A DNA stretch of 64,000 nucleotides, taken from NCBI GenBank assembly GCA_950097015.1, contig CATNEN010000029.1, positions 992,001 through 1,056,000 of the forward strand, in the 5' to 3' direction. Position numbers and translations under genes: made by a program. How positions within the stretch are numbered: position 1 is the first letter of the stretch; every line of letters begins with the position of its first letter. The notes beneath the pieces are model-generated. The model searched no databases and was not told the origin of the DNA. It saw nothing but the letters and a program-made list of their open reading frames with translations. Below, one piece after another: positions 36,335 through 46,905 of this stretch. This stretch comes from Macrostomum hystrix. Taxonomy: Eukaryota > Animalia > Platyhelminthes.

Positions 36335-37080
36335 CCTCTCTCATCTGTCCACTGTCCTCTGTCCTCTGTCCTCTGTCCTCTGTCCTCTCTCCTCTGTCCT
36401 CTGTCCTCTCTTCTATGTCCTCTGTCCTCCGTCCTCTCTCCTCTGTCCTCTATCCTATGTCCTCTCTCCTCTGTCCTCTGTCCTATGTCCTCTGTCCTCT
36501 CTCCTCTGTCCTCTGTCCTTTCTCCTCTGTCCTCTGTCTTCTCTCTCCTCTGTCCTCTGTCCTCTGTCCTCTGTCCTCTCTCCTCTCTCCTCTGTCCTAT
36601 CTCCTCTCTCTCCTGTCCTCTGTCCTCCGTCCTCTCTCCTCTGTCCTCTGTCCTCTGTCCTCCCTCCTCTCTCCTCTGTCCTATCTCCTCTCTCTTCTGT
36701 TCTTCTGTCCTCTGTCCTCCCTCCTCTCTCTTCTGTCCTATCTTCTCTCTCTTCTGTCCTCTGTCCTCCCTCCTCTCTCCTCTTTCCTATCTCCTCTCTC
36801 TTCTGTCATCTGTCCTCCCTCCTCTCTCCTCTGTCCTATCTCCTCTCTCTTCTGTCCTCTGTCCTCCGTCCTCTCTCCTCTGTCCTCTGTCCTCTGTCCT
36901 CTCTCCTCTCTCCTCTGTCCTATCTCCTCTCTCTTCTGTCCTCTGTCCTCCGTCCTCTCTCCTCTGTCCTCTGTCCTCTGTCCTCCCTCCTCTCTCCTCT
37001 GTCCTATCTCCTCTATCTCCACTGTCTTCTCTCCTATCTCCCCTTTTCCATTTCCCCTGTCCTCTCTCCTATCTTACCTC
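36335..37080. repeat. Pyrimidine-rich 7-bp-based repeat (TCCTCTG/TCCTCTC)n
   Basis: Direct reading. Confidence 0.93.
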
Positions 37081-38296
37081 TTCTATCTCCGCTCTCCTCT
37101 TTCCTCTCTCACCTTTCCAAAAACTCAAAAAAGAATATTTACTTCAGCAAGTGTAATGAGCGTGCGATTAACAAATAATTAAACAAATAACAGGAATCGC
37201 AAAGTTCATAGCAGCACTGGGAGCTGCTGCGCTGCTGAGCAACAAACAATGCATAAGATTACTAGCGTATGTTTACCACGCAAAGTTTGTCACGCCAGTT
37301 GAAGGAGCCTCGTTAAATTCAGCAGCTTAGACCCGCGCCGACACGCAAACCCACTCGTTTCTTTCCTATGAGAACTACCCCAGAAACCATCTAAAACCCT
37401 TGCTCTCACCGGCTGGCTGAGCACAAGGTGACAATATCCCTGCTCAATATCCCAACCAGCCATCATTTAACTTCACATTCGCTACAATTCTTATATTATA
37501 TGACTTTAGAGATGATTGTTGAATAAAACTGACTTAGGCATTATCTAACAATTCAGCTCTGAGTTAGTAGCTATTCCTTACATAATTATAAGCGTACTAA
37601 GGCCTGCTCAAGGATCTGGCGAGGCAGATAAGCCAAGTCCTAAGAACATATTCCTTTCATGGCCTGTTCTCTTTGTCCTACATTCTATATAGGCAGGCGC
37701 ATCGATACAGCGAAAATTAGATTAAGGCGCGCTCAAACCTGACCATCTTGGAATCTGTGGATAGCATTTGCCATAGAGATAGAGATAGAGATTAGAGTAG
37801 AACAGAGGCCGCCTGGAGGCAAGTACATCGCCCGCAGGCTCTGACAACAGCACATAAAACAGAGCTCTAATCTGCTTCCGAACTCATAGCTTTAAAGCCA
37901 GACTGGCTCAGACAAGTGGGCAGCCCCCCCTGCTCTTTTAATTGCTGTGTTTATTGCCTTCTCCACGCAGCTCAGCGGCTGTTTGAGGCGGCGGGAGACG
38001 GGCGGACGATTGGGACGGATGCTTTGTGATGACGAGGACTAAAAATTGCTGCGTTTGTCTTTGTGCCGCCTGTTGCAGCATCTGCAGACCTCACCGCTGC
38101 TTGTGTGCGTCACAAAACAACAGAAACATTGCCTATAGCTTTCACTCCTTGCCTCTCAGCCTTTTGTGTCTTTATAAAACACGAAGCGGATAATGATGTC
38201 GCTCTACCTTGACTTCCGTCTTTTTTTCTTACTTGCCCGCAGGTGCATCTGTGTAACTCCACTCTGTTGAGGGCTAGAACAACAGCTCGATATGAA

Positions 38297-38880
38297 GAGG
38301 GAGGAAGGATTAGAGAGAGGGAGGAAGGATTAGAGAGAGGGAAGAAGGATTAGGGAGAGGGAAGAAGGATTAGGGAGAGGGAAGAAGGATTAGGGAGAGG
38401 GAAGAAGGATTAGGGAAAGAGGAGAAGGATTAGGGAGAGGGAAGAAGGATTAGCGAGAGGGGAAAAGGATTAGCGAGAAAGGAGAAGGATTAGGGAGACG
38501 AAAGAAGGATTAGGGAGAGGGAAGAAGGATTAGGGAGAGGGAAGAAGGATTAGGGAGAGGAAAGAAGGATTAAGGAGACAGAAGAAGGATTAGAGAGAGG
38601 GGAAAAGGATTAGCGAGAAAGGAGAAGGATTAGGGAGACGAAAGAAGGATTAGGGAGACGGAAGAAGGATTAGGGAGAGGGAAGAAGGATTAGGGAGAGG
38701 GGAGATGGATTAGCGAGAGAGGAGAAGGATTAGGGAGAGGGAAGATGGATTAGCGAGAGAGGAGAAAGATTAGGGAGAGGGAAGATGGATTAGCGAGAGA
38801 GGAGAAGGATTAGGGAGAGGGAAGAAAGGTTAGGGGGAGGGACGGAGGATTCGGGAGAGGGAAAAAAGGTTAGGGGAAAA
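38297..38880. repeat. 20-bp minisatellite GAAGAAGGATTAGGGAGAGG
   Basis: About 29 units. Confidence 0.94.
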
Positions 38881-39289
38881 TGATGAGGCAGTGTTACGAA
38901 GGGTGATGGGACAGGATGGTAGAGTAGTAAATGGCGGAGACAGATGCAAGATGTGGACATTTGCGTGGGAGATAAGAAGGAATGTTGGAGGGTGACGGTA
39001 GGAGTAAGGAATCAGAGAGCCTGAAGTGGGCGATCGAAGGAGTAAGTATGGAGCAGCCGGACTTTTGAATCGCCGATGTCACCGGGGACCAAAGCCTGTT
39101 ATTTTCAGTTGGGTCTTTTTTAGAAAGCAATTTTCTAGAGAAAACTACAATGCGCTCTGCTTCGAATTCGCTTTGGGGATGGAGCCGAGAGCTTGAGTCC
39201 ACTTGCAAAAAGCACTGCGCTGCGAGCATTAAAATATTGGTTGTACTCAATTCCCATCATACTCTATTATTAGCCTTACTGCACATGAG

Positions 39290-40300
39290 GTGATATGAGA
39301 GATGAGAGATGAGACCTGAGAGGTGAGAGATGAGACCTGAGAGGTGAGAGATGAGAGATGAGAGATGAGCGATGAGACCTGAGAGGTGAGAGATGAAAGA
39401 TGAGAGATGAGAGATGAGAGATGAGACCTGAGAGGTGAGAGATGAGAGATGAGAGATGAGCGATGAGACCTGAGAGGTGAGAGATGAAAGATGAGAGATG
39501 AGAGATGAGAGATGAGACCTGAGAGGTGAGAGATGAAAGATGAGAGATGAGAGATGAGAGATGAGCGATGAGACGTGAGAGAGGAGAGATGAGAGGTGTG
39601 AAGTGAGAGATGAGAGATGAGAGGTGAGAGGTGAGAGATGAGAGGTGAGAGGTGAGAGATGAGAGGTGAGAAGTGAGAGGTGTGAAGTGAGAGATGAGAG
39701 GTGAGAGATGAGAGATGAGAGGCGAGAGGTGTGAAGTGAGAGATAAGAGATGAGAGGTGAGAGATGAGAGATGAGAGGTGAGAGGTGTGAAGTGAGAGAT
39801 GAGAGATGAGAGGTGAGAGGTGTGAAGTGAGAGATGAGAGATGAAAGACGAGAGATGAGAGATGAGAGATGAGAGATGAGAGATGAGAGATAAGAGGTGA
39901 GAGAGGAGAGATGAGACGTGAGAGAGGAGAGATGAGAGGTGAGAGGTGTGAAGTGAGAGATGAGAGATGAGAGATGAGAGGTGAGAGATGAGAGGTGAGA
40001 AGTGAGAGGTGTGAAGTGAGAGATGAGAGGTGAGAGATGAGAGGTGAGAGATGTGAAGTGAGAGATGTGAGATGAAAGACGAGAGATGAGAGATGAGAGA
40101 TGAGAGATGAGAGATGAGAGATGAGAGATGAGAGGTGAGAGAGGAGAGATGAGAGGTGAGAGGTGTGATTGAGAGATGAGAGATGAGAGGTGAGAGGTGT
40201 GAAGTGAGAGATAAGAGGTGAGAGGTGAGAGGTGTGAAGTGAGAGATGAGAGATGAGAGGTGAGAGATGAGAGATGAGAGATGAGAGATGAGAGATGAGA
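39290..40300. repeat. Purine-rich 7-bp-based repeat (GAGATGA/GAGGTGA)n
   Basis: Direct reading. Confidence 0.94.
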
Positions 40301-40689
40301 GGCGACAGGAGAAGGATATGAGATCAGATATGAGCGATGAAAAATGCCAGAATTTTTATTCCAGACGCAGCTTTTGAGGTACATTTAAAAAGCAGTTATG
40401 TTTTTGCCTTTTTTAACTAAAACGGCAACTATAGCAGAATAAAAAATGAAATAGAAATGACAAAGGAATTCGCCCATTGGCAAGTCAGGTGAGGGACTTG
40501 GGTCACTAGGGCTAGCGTGACTGCAGCTAGCTAGTAGTCCTCAATTGAAACAGTTTTATCTGGGGAATTAAGACTTTAGGATGGGCTGATTAATCCTAGG
40601 AGACAAAACACCTGTCGTCATCTAATCTACTCGTAGTTCGTTTTTTATTTCTTGTCCAACGACTTATTTTTAATATAAAATATAACAAA

Positions 40690-40835
40690 TTTAGCCCGGT
40701 TGTTAGACCTTCGGACTTCTGGCCGAGAGGTCGGAAGTTCGATTCTCAACAAGGGGAGAACATTGGATGGGGTAAAAATTCTGTTTGGCGAGGCGGCCCC
40801 CAGTCCATGGACTGAACAGCTGTACACAGGCTTTC
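40690..40835 (+). mobile_element. tRNA-derived SINE (family C) sharing the 3' module of family A
   Basis: Head TTAGCCCGGTTGTTAGACC...GAAGTTCGATTCTC; tail CAGTCCATGGACTGAACAGCTGTACAC. Confidence 0.6.
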
Positions 40836-41080
40836 AACAGTAGAAACGCCACGAGGGATATTTCAAATACACACATTTTTCCTTTTTATGCATCTCACAA
40901 AATATTCCACAAAATGATCTACTTTCACAAAAATATGTTATTCGCTTTTGGAGCTACCGTGAAGTAGGCAGTGGGTATTTGTAATACCCTTGTGGTCTTT
41001 CTATCTTCCCTTTATTTCAATTCTTGGCTATTTTTGGATCTCCAAACAGAGCAGCTGGGAAAAGATGAAAACAAACTCAC

Positions 41081-41339
41081 TTGAGAATGTGTTGGACACG
41101 ATGTTCAATGGCAGACAGAAGATAGCCATTAGTATGTCGGCTGTGCTTAGGTTGCAGATGAAATAGTTTATGGTAGTGTGCATCGAGGGTATGCGGTAAA
41201 CCGTTGCTATGACAACAGCGTTGCCTAGCAGTGACAGCAGCAGCACGATCGAGTAGGCGGCAGTGAAGAACAGTAGCAGGGCAGGCTGCAGCTTGACCTC
41301 CCAGAACGGTGCCGCACTGCTGTTAGTTCCGTTGTCCAT
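41081..41339 (-). CDS. Rhodopsin-class neuropeptide GPCR (SIFamide/NPFF receptor-like), exon 1 (N-terminus, TM1-TM2)
   Basis: Encodes N-glycosylation sequons NGT/NSS, TM1 LLGNAVV and TM2 NYFICNLSTAD. Donor CAA|GTGAGT, phase 1. The joined five exons give 1284 bp = 427 aa plus stop. Confidence 0.9.
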
Positions 41340-41489
41340 CAGAGTCGAGACAGTCTAGTTGGGCGGTGACAAATTGGTATTAATTCTGTTACTCCGGATA
41401 GTTGACACCCGAACAGGGAAAACACGGTTTAAATTTCCAAATTTACACCCACGCCCTGGCCTCCTCTTCTGATTAATGTGTTTTTTGCA

Positions 41490-41530
41490 GCCAGCCAATC
41501 AGCGACTAGGCGCCGAGTGATTGGCTACGC
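41490..41530. promoter_or_regulatory. Paired CCAAT boxes upstream of the GPCR
   Basis: AGCCAATCAG and GATTGGCT about 150-190 nt upstream of the ATG in a GC-richer patch. Confidence 0.35.
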
Positions 41531-41889
41531 TTTGCTGATAGTTTTCTAAGAAGTTATGCGTGTAGCTACCGCGAGCACTTCATCATCATTTTGATCCCAA
41601 AATAATGCCTCATTATTCATCTTCGTCATCCCGCTGAAATCGGCAAAAATCCAAATTATCCCATTACCCCAAGCTGTTTTACCCCATTCTAGCGCCAGAA
41701 GATTTCGGAAATCCCCCACAGAATATCGGATCCCCATTATTTTGTATTTTTTTCATAGAATCCCCCTTCGTCTTTGCTGCCTCAATAGAAACTTAGTCCG
41801 AATGCAACCACATGTTGCTTTTTCTTATTTCATTTTTTCCTCTCATTGCTCACGGCTTGATAATAAACGATAATACGATTAACGACGAT

Positions 41890-42650
41890 AATATCTTGGT
41901 ATTGTATCTAATTATATCTTGGCATTGTATCTAATTATATCTTGGTATTGTATCTAATTATATCTTGGTATTGTATCTAATTATATCTTGGTATTGTATC
42001 TAATTATATCTTGGTATTGTATCTACTTATATCTTGGTATTGTATCTAATTATATCTTGGTATTGTATCTAATTATATCTTGGTATTGTATCTAATTATA
42101 TCTTGGCATTGTATCTAATTATATCTTGGTATTGTATCTAATTATATCTTGGTATTGTATCTAATTATATCTTGGCATTGTATCTAATTATATCTTGGTA
42201 TTGTATCTAATTATATCTTGGCATTGTATCTAATTCTATCTTGGCATTGTATCTAATTATATCTTGGTATTGTATCTAATTATATCTTGGTATTGTATCT
42301 AATTATATCTTGGTATTGTATCTAATTATATCTTGGTATTGTATCTAATTATATCTTGGTATTGTATCTAATTATATCTTGGTATTGTATCTAATTATAT
42401 CTTGGTATTGTATCTAATTATATCTTGGCATTGTATCTAATTATATCTTGGTATTGTATCTAATTATATCTTGGTATTGTATCTAATTATATCTTGGCAT
42501 TGTATCTAATTATATCTTGGTATTGTATCTAATTATATCTTGGTATTGTATCTAATTATATCTTGGTATTGTATCTAATTCTATCTTGGCATTGTATCTA
42601 ATTATATCTTGGTATTGTATCTAATTATATCTTGGTATTGTATCTAATTA
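41890..42650. repeat. 23-bp minisatellite TATATCTTGG(T/C)ATTGTATCTAAT
   Basis: About 33 units. Confidence 0.97.
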
Positions 42651-42689
42651 GTATTCTAATTAGTATTTGGTATTCTATCGAACTAGTTT

Positions 42690-42765
42690 CAAGTTCGCGC
42701 AGCCGAAATTTTGGTGGGTGTGATGGCCTGTCCAGTCCACGGACTGTACAGTTGTACACTGGGCT
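42690..42765 (+). mobile_element. SINE 3'-module fragment
   Basis: AAATTTTGGTGG...CAGTCCACGGACTGTACAGTTGTACAC resembles 40775-40830. Confidence 0.5.
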
Positions 42766-43494
42766 CTCTCTCATTAATTTTCGATCATAATATCTCGTTA
42801 TAAATCCCAGAATATCCCATTTTTATTCTGTCCTCCAAATCCAAAGTATCCCCAATCCAATCTCGACCCACCAAAATACCCCAAATATACCTTAATGTTA
42901 TTATCCCGAGCAGAAATTTCAGTTGGCCAATATGATGACGCATCCCAGCCAGCGGTCATCCGCTTGTCACGTAGGCCTAGCGCCCGCCCCAGCAACGGCC
43001 CGACTGCGAGGCTATTGGGCCAGACATACATTATGATTGACTAATTTTACTATGCCTTTGTGTCCCATTGCTGTGGGCCGGCCATAGCAGGGCCTGGCTA
43101 ATTGAATTCCGACACCGGGCAAGCCCCCCCCAAATGGTTTGGCTCCGCTGCTCATTGTCATTGGTTGCCAGCCAGCTCATGTCTCTGTGCGCGCCAGACG
43201 CAATATATGCGTCTTCTTATGATAGAAAAATACCCAATTTCCCACTTGAATCAGTCTTGATCGTATTCTCGGAAGCGACCTTTTATAGTCAACTATTTTG
43301 TGTGCGACCAAAGTGCTTAGTTGATGTGTCGTGTTAAGCATTTCCGTCCCAGACTACATGGTATAAAAACTTGATCGACACTTTTGCAATCGTAAAGGGC
43401 CATAGAGTCTGACTGCAGTTTATTTCAGAACAGATTAACAAGTTTAAATAGCTTTGAAGTTTTTAATACAGATACTAGTGTAGTTGCAGTTGGA

Positions 43495-43605
43495 CCAGAT
43501 GTACAGCTACTGCTTCCAAAGGCTGTGTACAGCTGTTAAGTCCATGGACTGGGGTGCCAAACCCGCCCAAATTTCTATCCTAGCCAATGCTGGTACCCAT
43601 TTCGG
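43495..43605 (-). mobile_element. SINE fragment (central AAATGGGTACCAGC motif plus 3' module)
   Basis: Plus strand shows GTGTACAGCTGTTAAGTCCATGGACTG and GCTGGTACCCATTT. Confidence 0.6.
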
Positions 43606-43659
43606 AGAAGCAGAAATTAATAATAATAATTGAATACACATGCATACATCGGGTCAGAT

Positions 43660-43920
43660 GTTACAGCCGACAGCACAGCTGCAGCTATTGCGCTGCACAT
43701 CTGAAGGCTGCCTACGGCTGTTCAGTCCATGGACTTCAGGGGACGCCACACTCACCCTCAATTACCCCAGCTATTGCTGGTACCCATTTAACAGCTGGGT
43801 GAATTGAAGCAATGCAGAGTTAAGTGTCTCGCTAAGGACACAGATTGTTCCAGTGGAGTCGGGAATCGTACCCCCGACCTTTAAGTCTTGAGTCCGACGC
43901 TTTAATCACTAAGCTACAAC
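43660..43920 (-). mobile_element. tRNA-derived SINE family A, most complete copy
   Basis: tRNA-like head GTAGCTTAGTGATTAAAGCGTCGGACTC...GGTACGATTCCC, followed by TGTGTCCTTAGCGAGACACTTAACTC, CACCCAGCTGTTAAATGGGTACC and GTCCATGGACTGAACAGC. Confidence 0.8.
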
Positions 43921-43949
43921 CGCCTGCAGTCACAAACGGGTACAAAATC

Positions 43950-44012
43950 TGCTTGCCTTGGCCTGAGATTCGAACTCTTGACCTCTCCACCGGGCGACAC
44001 GCTCTCCCGACA
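43950..44012 (-). mobile_element. tRNA-like SINE head remnant
   Basis: Minus strand GGAGAGCGTG...GGTCAAGAGTTCGAATCTC (B-box); no complete cloverleaf. Confidence 0.45.
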
Positions 44013-44536
44013 CGCTCTCAAACAAGGCGAAAAATTTGTTCCCAATCCAAATTACAAACGAAAAGTGGCGCCATTCAGCACGCGCTGCCGGTTCACAGAT
44101 TCCTAAATAAACTAAACTGAACCAGCTCGAGACAGTCCGTTTGTCCAACCGACTCAGATTCAACAATGTAATGCCTCAATTTACTAAAACTGTTTGAGCA
44201 GTATCGCACGATTACTTAAAATAATTCCTGGAGCCCTCAGTACCTCCAATCGGAAGAATATTATCAGCTGTCATTGAGGATCAAGCATGTTTGCGGGGTG
44301 ACAACAGTTGGTTGTTTATCGAAAAAAACTAGTGAATGTAGATTTGAATAAGTAGCCGTGTTTGCCTATGAATTAGGAGCAGATTTTCACAAAATGATCA
44401 TGACAACTGCAAACAATTCGCAGCATTTTTGTTCCATGCCAGGCACGTGTGAAAAAATAACTATGCTATCAACATAGTACTCACTACCGAAAGTAGCAGT
44501 ATCTGCAAAATTTTGCTAAAAAATGAACAAATCATG

Positions 44537-45315
44537 CAAATCGGCGACTCATAGAAATCGGCGACTCGTGGAAATCGACGACTCGTGGAAATCGACGACT
44601 CGTGGAAATCAGCGACTCGTGGAAATCGGCGACTCGTGGAAATCGACGACGTATAGAAATCGGCGACTCGTGGAAATCGGTGACTCGTGGAAATCGGTGA
44701 CTCGTGAAAATCGGCGACTCGTGGAAATCGGCGACTCGTGAAAATCGGCGACTCGTGGAAATCGACGACTCATAGAAATCGGCGACTCCTGGAAATCGGC
44801 GACTCCTGGAAATCAGCGACTCATAGAAATCGGTGACTCGTGGAAATCGACGACTCGCGGAAATCGACGACTCGTGGAAATCAGCGACTCGTGGAAATCG
44901 GTGACTCGTGGAAATCGGTGACTCGTGAACATCGGCGACTCGTGGAAATCGGCGACTCGTGAAAATCGGCGATTCGTGGAAATCGACGACTCATAGAAAT
45001 CGGCGACTCGTGGAAATCGGCGACTCCTGGAAATCAGCGACTCATAGAAATCGGCGACTCGTGGAAATCGACGAATCGTGGAAATCAGCGACTCGTGGAA
45101 ATCGGCGACTCGTGGAAATCGAAGACTCGTGGAAATCGACGACTCGTGAAAATCAGCCACTCATAGAAAAAGGCGACTCGTGGAAATCGGCGACTCGTGG
45201 AAATCGGCGACTCGTGGAAATCTGCGACTCGTGGAAATCGACGACTCATAGAAATCGGCGACTCGTGGAAATCGACGACTCATAGAAATCGGCGATTCAC
45301 GGCAATCAGCGACTC
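44537..45315. repeat. 17-bp CpG-rich minisatellite GAAATCGGCGACTCGTG
   Basis: About 45 units. Confidence 0.96.
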
Positions 45316-45671
45316 CATATGACATTATACCTTAGTTTATCTAGCACATAAAACAATTTCAGGCCGTCTGTGCTTCGGTAAAGAGTGGGATGTGGCATTA
45401 TTTTGACACGCTATCCGAAAATTATCCCTAAAAATCACGTTCAGACTCTGGACAAATCGGGATTTGATGTCGAAATTTTAACAGCTGGTTTTAACGGGGC
45501 AAAACAGCTGTTTGTGAACTCAAATTTACTTTAATTTTATAACTGAACAAATACAGCGACTCAACATGATGGACTGCAAAAATGGGTCTACTACAACCCA
45601 AACCCGAATCTCCCCCAACCCGAATCTTCCCCAACCCGAATCTTCCCAACCCGAATCTTTCCCCCAAATTT

Positions 45672-45988
45672 GGTGGTCGGTGGCAGAGCGCTAACGCGTT
45701 TGCCTCTCGCACCAAGGTCCCTGAGCTCGATTCCGCGGCGAGGCCACATTCATTTGGGGCGCAGCCGCGGAGAGAAGGCTTGGGGACTTGTCATGCAATT
45801 TACGCCCTTGAGGGCCAACATCCAGCGCACAGTGAAATTTACACTGCCTGACGATTAGAAAGTCAGGCCAGATGTACACACCTGTGTGAGCGTTTGCCTG
45901 CGTACAGTATCCGTGTGCGTGTGTACTCAGGAGTCGGCGTAATGGGCAGAATTGCCTCCTCGCTGGCTGCGGGTTTAGTGTCACTCAA
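45672..45988 (+). mobile_element. SINE family B copy, 3'-truncated by the Helitron array
   Basis: Colinear with the reverse complement of 11363-11695 up to ...CACTCAA, where Helitron CTAG begins. Confidence 0.8.
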
Positions 45989-46089
45989 CTAGCATGTTTT
46001 GCCCCCCTTCGGGGAGCAGAAATATTTTTAATTCGTCTTGTATATACTGTTTAGCAGCTGAATTTACAGCTTTTTAAAGCTAAAATAAA

Positions 46090-46905
46090 CCCCCAGTTGA
46101 CAATGATCCCCCAGTTGATGATGATCCCCCAGTTGACAATGATCCCCCAGTTGACAATGATCCCCAGTTGACAATGATCCCCCAGTTCACAATGATCCCC
46201 TTGTTGACAATGATCCCCCAGTTGACAATGATCCCACAGTTGACAATGATCCCCCAGTTGATGATGATCCCCCAGTTGACAATGATCCCCCAGTTAATGA
46301 TGACTCCCCATTGATGATAATCTCCAGTTGACAACGTTCCCCCAGTTGACAATGTTCCCACAGTTGACAATGATCCCCCAGTTGATGATGATCAACAAGT
46401 TGACAATGATCCCCCCAGTTCACAATGATCCTCCGGGTGATGATAAACCCCCAGTTGACAATGATCCCCAGTTGACAATGATCCCCCAGTTGACATTGAC
46501 AATGATCTCCCAGTTGACAATGATCCCCCAGTTGACAATTATCCCCCAGTTAACCATGATCCCGCATTTGATGATGACTCCCCAGTTGACAATTATCCCC
46601 CAGTTGACAACTATCCCCCCGTTGACAATGATCCTCCAGTTGACAATTATCTCTCAGTTGACTATGATCCCCCATTGATGGTGATCCCAGTTGACAATGT
46701 TCCCGCAGTTGAACATGATCCCCTAGTTGACAATGATCCCCTAGTTGATTATGATCCCGCATTTGGTGATGTTTCCCCGTGACAATTATCCCCCAGTTGA
46801 CAATTATCCCCCAGGTGCCAATGATCCTCCAGTTGACAATGATCCCCCAGTTGACAATTATCCCCCAGTTTACCATGATCCCCCAGTTGACGATTATCCA
46901 CCAGT
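46090..46905. repeat. 18-bp minisatellite CCCCCAGTTGACAATGAT (Helitron unit 1)
   Basis: Direct tandem units. Confidence 0.95.

Noticed and set aside
38297-38880. TTAGGG as an interstitial telomere
   Set aside because: It occurs once per 20-bp unit and never as tandem (TTAGGG)n.
43860-43920. tRNA genes at the tRNA-like heads (4720-4775, 33800-33855, 40690-40750, 43860-43920, 45672-45745)
   Set aside because: Acceptor and anticodon stems are incomplete and each runs into a shared SINE body, so they were called SINE heads.
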